DNA from: Candidatus Moraniibacteriota bacterium
GTDB lineage: Bacteria; Patescibacteriota; Minisyncoccia; Moranbacterales; UBA1568
Assembly (NCBI GenBank): GCA_041910335.1
Contig: JAYRRF010000012.1
Coordinates: forward strand, 3,728-67,727
Length of the DNA: 64,000 bases
Reading direction: 5' to 3'
The translations under genes were made by a program, and so were the position numbers. The notes below the pieces were generated by a model. The model was given only the letters and a program-made list of their open reading frames with translations. It was not told where the DNA came from and did no database searches. Below are positions 1 to 8,552 of the stretch, piece after piece (within the stretch, counting starts at the first letter, position 1; each line of letters opens with the position of its first letter).

Positions 1-360
1 TTGGTCGTGACCAAGTTCCACGATGCGCTCCATGAATTTTTCTCGATCAGGAATATCGCTCGCACGAAGCTGCTTTGTTTCTCGTTTGGTATCATGAGAT
101 ATACTTGCCCCTTCGGAGACAAATTCAAGTGTTCCCTTGGCTCTTGGTTTGGGAGAATGAATGAGATAGAGCTCATCTTCTTCTGAGATGTGACCAGACT
201 CACGCATCGATTTTCCTGTTGCTTTGGCACCTTCTACGCCTTCAGGAGTCAGATCATGACCCTCATCTTTGTAATAGGGTTCCTCATGACGCATGAGCGT
301 CACTTTGAACCAAGGTTTCTCTTGATTCTCTACACTGGATGGGTGTTCGAGTCGATTCAT
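1..360 (-). CDS. Histidine phosphatase (phosphoglycerate-mutase-like) family protein; the C-terminal part of the protein runs off the window start
   Basis: Reverse-strand translation from the ATG at 358-360 gives MNRLEHPSSVENQEKPWFKVTLMRHEEPYY...HSPKPRAKGT. It shows an RHG/E-like catalytic His motif and an SxxxRAxxT motif. The reading frame is open to position 1. Confidence 0.45.
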   Translation of the reverse strand, partial: MNRLEHPSSVENQEKPWFKVTLMRHEEPYYKDEGHDLTPEGVEGAKATGKSMRESGHISEEDELYLIHSPKPRAKGTLEFVSEGASISHDTKRETKQLRASDIPDREKFMERIVELGHDQ

Positions 361-439
361 AGGATATAGATTAATATTATCAGTATAGCATTGATGGAAA
401 AGAGTGTTGCAATAAAGGGTTCTTTGCTATCATAAACGT

Positions 440-1333
440 ATGTTTGAAGCATTAGGACAACAAGAAATCATCAAACCAGAAAAGAAACTTTCCATCGATC
501 CTGGCTTAGTAGTGCCTGATGCATTTCGAGAATCACCTTGGAAATATTTTCAAGAGCATGGACTCAATATCAAGCCAGGCGATACAGAGTACAAAGAAGA
601 CGGGAGAATAAGTGAAGATCCGACAGCGGTAAAGTGTCTGCCAGTCTGGCATGATGAGGCTGGAAATTCTATCCGAGTGATTGCCAAGAAAATCAATACC
701 ATTAAGAGTCAAATAGGTAAGACAGGTAATCCTTGGCATGAAGTAGACGTGATGAGGCGAGTAGCTGAGGCAGGTCTACCGGTAGCGAGGTTGCTTGCTG
801 TAGCAGAAGATAAAGGTGAGCATCTTTTTGTGACGGAAAGAATAGCGGGTTTCACGGTCTATGACATTGACCACATCAGAGAAAAATTTTCTCAGTATGG
901 ATACACCCAAGAGGATGAAGAAAATCTTAAGAATCAAGTCAGAATGGAAATGGAAGCGCTCAAGAATCAGCTGAGAGAGCAGGGGATAATCCGAGAAAAA
1001 TGGAAGCTTCAGGATATGGTATTCGAAATTGATTTTGAGGCGTGTAAAGTCACGAGAGTGACGCCAGTTGACTGGGAACGAACGAAAATTCTCTTGCCTT
1101 TGGAGGAAGCGGTACATATAGAAGAGCCACTCAAACCCATCTGGGAGTTTCCGGAGAGCTTTCTCTTTTATGAGTGGTATGAACAGCAATACGCACTCCC
1201 CGAAGAACAGCGTAGCTCTAGCTTCAAGCAATTTTTGGATTTATTGGCCTCTGGTAAGGCTGAAGCACCTAAACTTCTCGCTCACTATCGCGTCAAGCGA
1301 CTAAGGGAAAAGAGAGAAGAAGTTTCACTCTAG
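440..1333 (+). CDS. Hypothetical protein, possibly with an atypical protein-kinase-like fold
   Basis: 297-aa ORF. Order of motifs resembles a kinase N-lobe and hinge: VIAKK (beta3 Lys), HEVDVMRRV (alphaC Glu), LFVTERIAGF (hinge), IDFE (DFG-like). No canonical HxD catalytic loop is present. Confidence 0.5.
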   Translation: MFEALGQQEIIKPEKKLSIDPGLVVPDAFRESPWKYFQEHGLNIKPGDTEYKEDGRISEDPTAVKCLPVWHDEAGNSIRVIAKKINTIKSQIGKTGNPWHEVDVMRRVAEAGLPVARLLAVAEDKGEHLFVTERIAGFTVYDIDHIREKFSQYGYTQEDEENLKNQVRMEMEALKNQLREQGIIREKWKLQDMVFEIDFEACKVTRVTPVDWERTKILLPLEEAVHIEEPLKPIWEFPESFLFYEWYEQQYALPEEQRSSSFKQFLDLLASGKAEAPKLLAHYRVKRLREKREEVSL

Positions 1334-1354
1334 TGCTATACTAGAGATACGACT

Positions 1355-2656
1355 ATGAATACTTTTGGCTTCCAAAAAGATGAAGAGAAGCCACGCTTTG
1401 ACCGTAACAAAGTTCTTCTCTTAAGCGGTAGTCTCTCGAGTCTTATTTTCATCGGCTCAGTGGGGTGGTTTGTCTTGGAACCAGGCGTCATAACTTCAGA
1501 AAGCGTTGTGACGAAGAAAGATAGCAGTCAGCTTTCTCTTGAAGTGGTAGTGCCAGACGAGGTTGTTACTACAAGTGGCTTCTATACACCGCCTGTCTCT
1601 GAAGTAGAGAGTAAGAAGGAGCAAAAGAAAGAAAGTCTCCCGCTCTTGCCACCGCCACCGAAAGCTGATATGGAGCGCATGAAGAAACGAGGTTGTGTCG
1701 CGGACGGTTTTCTTTCTGGGTATGGAGAAGACCGGAACAGCTCTATCGCTCTCATCAATCGTTCCCAGTGTTATTATCTTCATCGAGCACTTGAGACCTG
1801 GCTAGAGCCACCCGACTTCGAGCGAGCACGAGAAATACAGGAAAAAGTGACTAAGCCCAATACCGTCTACGGGATGTTCATAGCCGAAGCGCTCAGGACG
1901 AATAAAGACTATCGTTTTCCGGCTGAAGACAGAGATTTTGATTTTAAGAAAATGTGTCGAGAGGGGACAAGGAATGCGTGGGGAGAACATAGCTGTAAGC
2001 CATCTATCGACAAGAAAGAATACCGAGAATATCTCCGTTATATCACCGAAGAGGCGATGAACATGGGGATACAGAGCTTTCTCTTCGGGCAGGTATTCTA
2101 TCAAGATCCTACCCAAGGAGAAAGTGGTGCACTTCAAGAAGTTATCGATGATATGCGAGAGTACGCCCGCTTCCGTGGAATGGAGATAGTGATTGGTGCT
2201 CAGACCAATGATATCCATGATGAAAAATACCTTAAGATGTTTGACTATATTGAGGGTGGCGTAGGGTTACACAGTGATGGACAGATAGAGGATGGAGCCT
2301 GCTTCTCTCGTTGGTACCAGAAGCCAGGAGACTGGTGCTGGGCACTTCTCTGGCATCCTGAATGGAAAGATAAAGCTAGGAATGTTTTCATCCACCTCGA
2401 CTGGAGTGGGAAGATAGGGGATGATATGAGTACGTTTACGCGCATGGATAAGCGTAAGCGGGGTGAGACCCTCGGACAGCTGCATAGGTATTTCACGAGT
2501 AAAAATGTAGGCTTTCTCATGCCGATGCTCGCGACGTTACATGAAGATAACGGGGGTTGTAGTGGCCCAAAGAGTCGCTTTTATTCAGCCAGTCGTAAGT
2601 ATAGCTGTCAGGATGAAGACACCATTAATATGTTCCTCGGAAAACAAGGATACTAA
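1355..2656 (+). CDS. Hypothetical membrane-anchored protein with a Cys/Trp-rich extracytoplasmic domain
   Basis: 433-aa ORF starting 22 nt after the upstream gene. Has an N-terminal TM helix (LLLSGSLSSLIFIGSVGWFVL), a Pro-rich linker (LPLLPPPPK), and a large C-terminal domain with many W and C residues. Confidence 0.55.
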   Translation: MNTFGFQKDEEKPRFDRNKVLLLSGSLSSLIFIGSVGWFVLEPGVITSESVVTKKDSSQLSLEVVVPDEVVTTSGFYTPPVSEVESKKEQKKESLPLLPPPPKADMERMKKRGCVADGFLSGYGEDRNSSIALINRSQCYYLHRALETWLEPPDFERAREIQEKVTKPNTVYGMFIAEALRTNKDYRFPAEDRDFDFKKMCREGTRNAWGEHSCKPSIDKKEYREYLRYITEEAMNMGIQSFLFGQVFYQDPTQGESGALQEVIDDMREYARFRGMEIVIGAQTNDIHDEKYLKMFDYIEGGVGLHSDGQIEDGACFSRWYQKPGDWCWALLWHPEWKDKARNVFIHLDWSGKIGDDMSTFTRMDKRKRGETLGQLHRYFTSKNVGFLMPMLATLHEDNGGCSGPKSRFYSASRKYSCQDEDTINMFLGKQGY

Positions 2657-2664
2657 CTAACAAT

Positions 2665-2982
2665 ATGGTCAAACAATTTCAACGTAAAAAAGAAGACTTT
2701 GTGTGTGAGTCATGTGGAACGGCTGTAAAAGGAACAGGGTATACTAATCATTGTCCTGCGTGCCTCATGAGTAAGCACGTCGATATTTTTCCTGGGGATA
2801 GACTCGAGGAGTGTCAGGGGTTGATGGAACCTGTTGCTCTGGAGATGAAAGGGGAGAGCTACCGTATCACACATAGATGTGTACGATGTGGTTATGAGAT
2901 CAAGAATAATACTACCAAAGAAGACTCAAGCGATGCTCTCTATGCTTTAGCGAAGAAGCTCGCAGATAAGGAGACGAAATAA
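2665..2982 (+). CDS. RNHCP-domain zinc-ribbon protein
   Basis: 105 aa. Contains CESCGT...TNHCPAC...CVRCG, the four-Cys signature including the literal NHCP motif that names the RNHCP family. Starts 9 nt after the upstream ORF. Confidence 0.6.
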   Translation: MVKQFQRKKEDFVCESCGTAVKGTGYTNHCPACLMSKHVDIFPGDRLEECQGLMEPVALEMKGESYRITHRCVRCGYEIKNNTTKEDSSDALYALAKKLADKETK

Positions 2983-3010
2983 AAAATCCCCCAGCCGTGG
3001 GATTTTTCTT
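2983..3010. terminator. Bidirectional rho-independent terminator between the convergent RNHCP gene and thrS
   Basis: AAAATCCC / loop CCAGCCGT / GGGATTTT hairpin flanked by A-run and T-run on both sides. Confidence 0.6.
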
Positions 3011-4755
3011 TAGAGTTCTTTGTTTCTGATTTTCTTCAGGAGAAAGTCAACAGCCTCATGAATATTCTGAAAGCTCACTTTTTCATCACTGCGGCCTTCG
3101 AGGGTAAGGGGTTCACCGTTCGATTCTTTTTCACCGATGACGAGGATGTAAGGAGTCTTCATAGTCTTGGCAGCTCGGATGCGCTTGCCAAGAGATTCAT
3201 GAGTAGCGTCTACTTCGACACGGAGGTTGTTGTCACGGAGGATTTTCTCAAAAGTATTGGTCGCTTCTATGAATTTCTCGCTGACAGGAAGAAGTGTAAT
3301 CTGGACCGGTGAAAGCCAAAGTGGGAAAGCACCTGCAAAGTGCTCGATAAGGAATCCAATGAAACGCTCATGGGTACCAAGGGGGGCGCGGTGAATAATA
3401 GCAGGGGTCTTAGGCTGACCATCATTGTCGATGTAGGTCAGCGCAAATTTCTTGCCCATGTAGAGGTCGAGTTGGTTGGTGGAAGCAGTGAAGCTACGGC
3501 CAATAGAAGAATAGATCTGGAAGTCCATCTTGGGTCCATAGAAAGCAGCACCTTCATGCACTATCTTGTAAGGAACACCGGAGCGCTCCATCGCTTCTAT
3601 GGTCATAGTCTCTGCCTTCTTCCAGTCTTCTTCATCACCATGGTACTTGTCCATGTTGGCTGGATCACGAAGAGCAAGCTCCATTTCGTAGTGAGTGATA
3701 CCGAGCGCTTGGTAGTAGTACTCGTGGAGCTTGATGACTTGAATGAATTCCTCAATAGCCGCCTCCTCTTTGACGTACAAGTGAGCATCATTCATCTGCA
3801 TACCACGGACACGCATCAGCCCAAAAAGACTACCAGAATCTTCGTAGCGATGACACCAGCCGTACTCAGCAATACGGAGAGGAAGTTCGCGATAGCTTCG
3901 GGGGCGAGCAGCAAAGACCTTGTGATGCATCGGGCAGTTCATCGGCTTGATGTAGTAGTTTTCGTCTTCAATCTGGAGAGGAGCGTACATGCTGTCTTTG
4001 TAGAGAGGGAGATGACCAGAGGTATAGAAGAGTTGCTCTTTGGTAATAATAGGCGTGGTCACACGTTGGTAGCCCCATTTGGTCTCAGTTTCCTTGGCCC
4101 AGTTCTCGAGCTCTTCCTTGATGATATTCCCTTTCGGGAGCCAAAGAGGAAGACCTTTGCCAATTTCTTCATCGAAGGTAAAAAGATCAAGCTCAGCACC
4201 AAGCTTGCGATGGTCACGTTTCTTGGCTTCCTCGAGAGCTTCTTGATAAGCTACGAGCTCTTCTTTGGTATCAAAAGCAACACCGTAGATACGAGTAAGC
4301 ATCGGGTTTGTCTCACTTCCTCGCCAATAGGCACCCGCTATTTTGGTAAGAGCAAAAGCATCGCTAGCAATTTCTTCGCTCGGCTTATCGGCATGACCGC
4401 CTTTGCAGAGATCCCAGTAGTTGCCGTTTTTGTAGAAGGAGAGCTCTTCGTTGTTCGGGGCGAACTCCTCGATAAGCTCGGCTTTGAATGGGTTCCCTGG
4501 GTATTCTGCCAAGGCTTTGTCTTTGGAGAGCATATGGAGAGTGGTATCAGTCCAGGTAGGGAGAAGTTCTCGCATGCGAGCTTCTATCTTAAGAAGATCA
4601 GCCTCAGTAATAGGTGTCTCAAAATCAAAGTCGAAGTAAAAGCCATTGTCGATAGCTGGGCCAATGGCGCGCTTGGTACCAGGGTAGAGCTCGATAACCG
4701 CTGCAGCAAGGAGATGAGCAAGAGTATGACGTTTGTTTTGGAGTTGTTCTGACAT
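3010..4755 (-). CDS. thrS: Threonyl-tRNA synthetase, short form without N-terminal TGS domain
   Basis: 581 aa. HTLAHLLAAAV editing/second-additional-domain motif, class II aaRS core, C-terminal anticodon-binding domain. Confidence 0.9.
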   Translation of the reverse strand: MSEQLQNKRHTLAHLLAAAVIELYPGTKRAIGPAIDNGFYFDFDFETPITEADLLKIEARMRELLPTWTDTTLHMLSKDKALAEYPGNPFKAELIEEFAPNNEELSFYKNGNYWDLCKGGHADKPSEEIASDAFALTKIAGAYWRGSETNPMLTRIYGVAFDTKEELVAYQEALEEAKKRDHRKLGAELDLFTFDEEIGKGLPLWLPKGNIIKEELENWAKETETKWGYQRVTTPIITKEQLFYTSGHLPLYKDSMYAPLQIEDENYYIKPMNCPMHHKVFAARPRSYRELPLRIAEYGWCHRYEDSGSLFGLMRVRGMQMNDAHLYVKEEAAIEEFIQVIKLHEYYYQALGITHYEMELALRDPANMDKYHGDEEDWKKAETMTIEAMERSGVPYKIVHEGAAFYGPKMDFQIYSSIGRSFTASTNQLDLYMGKKFALTYIDNDGQPKTPAIIHRAPLGTHERFIGFLIEHFAGAFPLWLSPVQITLLPVSEKFIEATNTFEKILRDNNLRVEVDATHESLGKRIRAAKTMKTPYILVIGEKESNGEPLTLEGRSDEKVSFQNIHEAVDFLLKKIRNKEL

Positions 4756-4767
4756 AGGAGTAAAGGA

Positions 4768-6207
4768 TTATTTCTTTTCTTCAGTTTCTTGGAATTGGAA
4801 GGTGGTATCGTGGATGATATCAGCTGACTGTTCGAAAGTCTTTTCTTTGGTGATGACTTTGATATGGACCGGGAGCGTACCAATGCCGGATTGCTTCTGA
4901 ATCATGAGGCTATAATTATCAGCCTTGATAGTGTCAGGGAGTTCGTACTTGAGTGTCGTAGTGACATCACCCTGACCAATCTCAGCGTCGACGTAGCCAC
5001 CGATGAAGGTATGACCAAGGTCCTCGCCAGGAGCGACCGCATTGATCATGAAACGTTCTTTGTAGGTAGAGCCAAGCGGTACGTAGGCGCGCACATAGGT
5101 GTGATAGTCACTGGTACGCCAATCACCCGCGGGAGCAGTGTTGTTGTAGATGTAGACAGCAGTCGCGAAGGGTTTTTCGCCAGTGAAGTCTACTGTGTAG
5201 TCAATTCTTCTTTTGACAAAGTAGTCAGTCTTCAGTGCGCCGAGATTGGCATCAACGAACATGAGATAATCACCTTTCCAATCTTGGTTAACTTCACCGG
5301 CCCAGTTGACACTCTCGACGAGTGATTGAGTATTGGCGTCCTTGAAGCTCAGCATAATGTTCTTATTGCGGAGTTCTGCGAGGCCAAGCTCTGCTACTTT
5401 CGGAATGTTGTTGAGGCTCGTGAGCTTGCTTACCATGTCATTGGTCAGAGCCTTCATGATGGCTTTGCGGTTTTGTTTGGCAGCGGCGGCAACATCTTCA
5501 CCGAGATAGTTCTTCTCAACTACTTCTTCGAGTTTGAGGGCACCATCTTCGCTATTGAATGTCGTGTTGTAGCCAGTAGGGGTGATAGGGCCGGTCAGCT
5601 CAAGGATATGGTTGAAGACGTTGGTATTGACCGCGACAACACCATCGAACTTTTCATGTCCACCAGCCATACGGTAAAAGTACTCAGCCTTCTCTACGTT
5701 AGTTGGGAAGTCTGGAGAAAAGTTGGAGTCACGGAACTTCCATTTTTTGATCTGCATCTTACGAGTCAGCGGGTAGGGAGGAGTGACCTTGGCATTGATA
5801 CGCTGGTCAAGGAGGTTGGCATCTTCGAAGGTTTGAGAAATGACGGCGCCATCTTTGACCTTAACGACAGCATATTGACCTAAGAAGCCTCCGCCTGGAC
5901 GAAGCTCATAGTTATTCTGAAGCATGACCATGTAGGTGCGAGTAACCCCGTCTTTCTTGGTCATTTCTTGCACGAGCTTATCAACGACTTCTATTTCCTT
6001 CTTGGTATCTGGTGAGAGAGGGAGAAGCTTGGAGACTTTTTGGAAGAGACTAAGTCCTCCAGCTGCGAATTCTGTTTTGTTGTTTTTGGCGTAAAAAAAG
6101 GCGCCGATTAGAGCAATGATGAGAAGAATAACTACCCCAAGAGCTACCTTCTTCCCTTTTGAAAGAGAGTTCATGTTATAGATATAAATTAGAGAATAAT
6201 ACCTCAC
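4768..6207 (-). CDS. Hypothetical N-terminally membrane-anchored exported protein, possibly DUF4012-like
   Basis: 479-aa ORF. True start may be the internal ATG at 6174 (MNSLSKGKK). TM helix VALGVVILLIIALIGAFFY, then a large soluble domain containing a PGGGFLGQY motif. The family assignment is from memory and tentative. Confidence 0.5.
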   Translation of the reverse strand: MRYYSLIYIYNMNSLSKGKKVALGVVILLIIALIGAFFYAKNNKTEFAAGGLSLFQKVSKLLPLSPDTKKEIEVVDKLVQEMTKKDGVTRTYMVMLQNNYELRPGGGFLGQYAVVKVKDGAVISQTFEDANLLDQRINAKVTPPYPLTRKMQIKKWKFRDSNFSPDFPTNVEKAEYFYRMAGGHEKFDGVVAVNTNVFNHILELTGPITPTGYNTTFNSEDGALKLEEVVEKNYLGEDVAAAAKQNRKAIMKALTNDMVSKLTSLNNIPKVAELGLAELRNKNIMLSFKDANTQSLVESVNWAGEVNQDWKGDYLMFVDANLGALKTDYFVKRRIDYTVDFTGEKPFATAVYIYNNTAPAGDWRTSDYHTYVRAYVPLGSTYKERFMINAVAPGEDLGHTFIGGYVDAEIGQGDVTTTLKYELPDTIKADNYSLMIQKQSGIGTLPVHIKVITKEKTFEQSADIIHDTTFQFQETEEKK

Positions 6208-6240
6208 CAGTTTAGCAGACCAGTCTGCTATTTACAACGC

Positions 6241-6269
6241 TTTACAAAGGCATTTTCTAGACGTATACT
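6241..6269 (+). promoter_or_regulatory. Sigma70-like promoter for the 6319 gene
   Basis: TTTACA (6241-6246), 17-nt spacer, TATACT (6264-6269). Confidence 0.5.
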
Positions 6270-6318
6270 GGGGGCAGAAAGTAGACGCTTTCTCTAAATT
6301 GTTTCTAGAAATTTTCTT

Positions 6319-7011
6319 ATGAACTTTTCAATATCAGGCACTATCAAACAAGCCTACACATTGTGGAAGGAGCACATCTTTTTCACATGGATGATCCTAG
6401 GCGTCATGGCAGTCATCAGCATTGTCTTCGGTATCATTACGCCTCGCGAAGGAAGTGTCATTATCTCTCTTATTGATACTTTGGTGAGGATATTTGTAGA
6501 GTTGGGAGCAGTAGCCCTTCTTTTGGTATTGGTACGCACTGGTAAAGAAGGTGATATTAAGGAAATTTTTGGTCAGAAAGAAATTTTTCCTCAAGCGCTT
6601 TTGGGGCAGATTATATACGGAATTATGATTGTTGTTGGTATGATCCTTCTTGTCATTCCTGGTATTTATGTCGCTGTTCGCTTCATGTTTCTGCCATATA
6701 TTTTTGTTGATCAGAAGTTGGGCTGGAAAGAGGCTCTTGCTGAAGCATCACGTTTGACTGAGGGGCGTCGCTGGGATCTGTTTGTCTTTTCACTTGCTCT
6801 CATTTTGCTCAATATAGTGGGAGCATTGCTTCTCTTAGTAGGTCTCCTTGTTACCATCCCAGTCTCTATGATCGCTACGACCATGATGTATGAATACCTC
6901 AAGAAAGAAAAAGGTGGTATCAAAGAAACGGTAAGCGAAACCGCTCCGTCAGTTGAGCCGCAAGAGGCAGTTATCGAAGCTCCAGCTGCTACTCCGGAGC
7001 CAGCTGCGTAG
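6319..7011 (+). CDS. Hypothetical integral membrane protein
   Basis: 230 aa with 4-5 predicted TM helices and a Pro/Ala/Glu-rich C-terminal tail. Confidence 0.55.
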   Translation: MNFSISGTIKQAYTLWKEHIFFTWMILGVMAVISIVFGIITPREGSVIISLIDTLVRIFVELGAVALLLVLVRTGKEGDIKEIFGQKEIFPQALLGQIIYGIMIVVGMILLVIPGIYVAVRFMFLPYIFVDQKLGWKEALAEASRLTEGRRWDLFVFSLALILLNIVGALLLLVGLLVTIPVSMIATTMMYEYLKKEKGGIKETVSETAPSVEPQEAVIEAPAATPEPAA

Positions 7012-7044
7012 TGTAGAAAGGGAGTACATCATAATGTAAGAAAA

Positions 7045-7078
7045 GACCCTTGCAAAAGGGTCTTTTTTGTGCTATCAT
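7045..7078 (+). promoter_or_regulatory. Terminator hairpin fused to an extended -10 promoter (cassette copy a)
   Basis: GACCCTTGCAAAAGGGTC hairpin, T6, then GTGCTATCAT (TGn + TATCAT). Downstream ATG at 7098. Confidence 0.55.
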
Positions 7079-7097
7079 AGGACTATAGAGAAGAAAT

Positions 7098-7439
7098 ATG
7101 GCTTCCAAAAAGACCTCAAAAACTGAAGAGAGTGGATTTGGAGCGCTAGGCGCTCTTTTTTCTACCCTCCTTATTGCGCCCCTAGTCTCTAAGGTGGAGA
7201 GTTTTGTCATGAATTCGCTCAGTGAATTACAGAACAATACTGAGGAGTACCTCAAGGGCTGGATTACTATTGTACTTCTGATTGGGACAGCATTTGCTGG
7301 CGTTATGTTCGTTCTGGTTGGGCTTGCGCGCCTTGTGAATGAAACATTGGGAAGAGATGGGTTAGGGGAAATCATTATCGGACTGACTATTCTTTTGATT
7401 GCTTTGGTGTGGCATTTGCTGCCAGGCAAAAAGAGGTAG
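7098..7439 (+). CDS. Small hypothetical membrane protein
   Basis: 113 aa, three hydrophobic helices. Confidence 0.45.
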   Translation: MASKKTSKTEESGFGALGALFSTLLIAPLVSKVESFVMNSLSELQNNTEEYLKGWITIVLLIGTAFAGVMFVLVGLARLVNETLGRDGLGEIIIGLTILLIALVWHLLPGKKR

Positions 7440-7468
7440 GAGAAATAATAATCAAATAACAAAAAGAT

Positions 7469-7714
7469 ATGCTCGACAAAAAGGCAGTCGCCAGTGCTGG
7501 CAAGAAAATCCTCAGTGAGGTAGAAAAGAACAAGGCTCAAGCAGAAAAAGAGCTTGCGAAGATGAAGAAAGATGTAGAGGCTACTCTCAAAAAAGCAGAG
7601 ACGTTTGCCAAGAAAAATCCAGAAAAAGCCGCTCTCATTGCCGCTGGTATTGGTGCAGCTCTTGGTGCTGTAGCTACGGCTCTGATTTCTTCTGGTGGAA
7701 AAAAGAAGAAATAG
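7469..7714 (+). CDS. Small coiled-coil protein with C-terminal TM anchor (YqjD/ElaB-like architecture)
   Basis: 81 aa. Lys/Glu-rich helix followed by ALIAAGIGAALGAVATALI and a basic tail. Confidence 0.45.
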   Translation: MLDKKAVASAGKKILSEVEKNKAQAEKELAKMKKDVEATLKKAETFAKKNPEKAALIAAGIGAALGAVATALISSGGKKKK

Positions 7715-7763
7715 ACAGGATAGCTGATAGGTACAAGCTCATAGCTCTTATAATGAATGAGGG

Positions 7764-7799
7764 AGCCTCTCGGAAATTCTGAGGGGCTTTTGCTATACT
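7764..7799 (+). promoter_or_regulatory. Terminator hairpin fused to an extended -10 promoter (cassette copy f); the transcript is near-leaderless
   Basis: AGCCTCTC / loop / GAGGGGCT hairpin, TTTT, then GCTATACT (-10 at 7794-7799). ATG at 7806, only 6 nt after the -10. Confidence 0.5.
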
Positions 7800-7805
7800 A
7801 AAGGT

Positions 7806-8552
7806 ATGAAGAAAGGCTTAATATTAGCAGTAGGAGGAATAGGCGTTGTTTTGGCAGGTGGTTTTTGGTATGTGAGCAAAGCTAAGCAGCAGACTACATT
7901 CGAGAATGCGCCAGTTATAAAAGCAGTAGAAGTCTCTGAGAAGCCGAAGGCCACTTCCGAGGAAGGTCAGCAACGAGAAACAAAGACAGCAGATACTGAG
8001 TCAATTAATATTCCTTCTGAGTTCTCAGAAGCTCAGACCGATACAGAAAAGAAAGAGATTTCACAGGACAAAACAACAGATACAAAGTCGCCAAAGAAGT
8101 TCACTATCAAAAACAATCTTGTTTCTTTCGGCCACGAGAGTGCGAGTGGTCGAAAAATAGATACTATCGTACTGCACTCATCGTATAGTCCAAGTGGTGA
8201 TCCCTATAGTGTCAGTGCAGTGATAACCCTGTGGAAAAGCTATGGTGTAGCACCCCACTATATGGTGGCACGGGATGGTACTGTCTACCGGCTCGTAGCG
8301 GATAAAGATATTGCTTATCATGCCGGAGAAAGCGAGATGAAAGATGGACGTAAGAACGTGAATGACTTTTCTATCGGAGTGGAGATCTTAAATACCAAAG
8401 ACGATGAATACACAGAGGCTCAGTATCAAGCAGTGAGTGACTTAATAGGCTATCTCAAGGGTAACTATGCTGTAAAGTATGTCGTAGGGCATGACGATAT
8501 TGCGCCTGGTCGCAAAACTGACCCATGGAATTTTAAGTGGAATAAGTTATGA
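7806..8552 (+). CDS. N-acetylmuramoyl-L-alanine amidase (Amidase_2/PGRP fold), membrane anchored
   Basis: N-terminal TM helix. IDTIVLHSSYSP...HYMVARDGTVYRLV...AYHAGES...VVGHDDIAPGRKTDPWNF matches AmpD/PGRP-type amidase motifs. Confidence 0.8.
   Translation: MKKGLILAVGGIGVVLAGGFWYVSKAKQQTTFENAPVIKAVEVSEKPKATSEEGQQRETKTADTESINIPSEFSEAQTDTEKKEISQDKTTDTKSPKKFTIKNNLVSFGHESASGRKIDTIVLHSSYSPSGDPYSVSAVITLWKSYGVAPHYMVARDGTVYRLVADKDIAYHAGESEMKDGRKNVNDFSIGVEILNTKDDEYTEAQYQAVSDLIGYLKGNYAVKYVVGHDDIAPGRKTDPWNFKWNKL

Noticed and set aside
3340-4752. 470-aa plus-strand ORF antisense to thrS
   Set aside because: It is entirely embedded opposite a high-confidence ThrRS gene and has low-complexity composition with no motifs. 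This is a typical shadow ORF.
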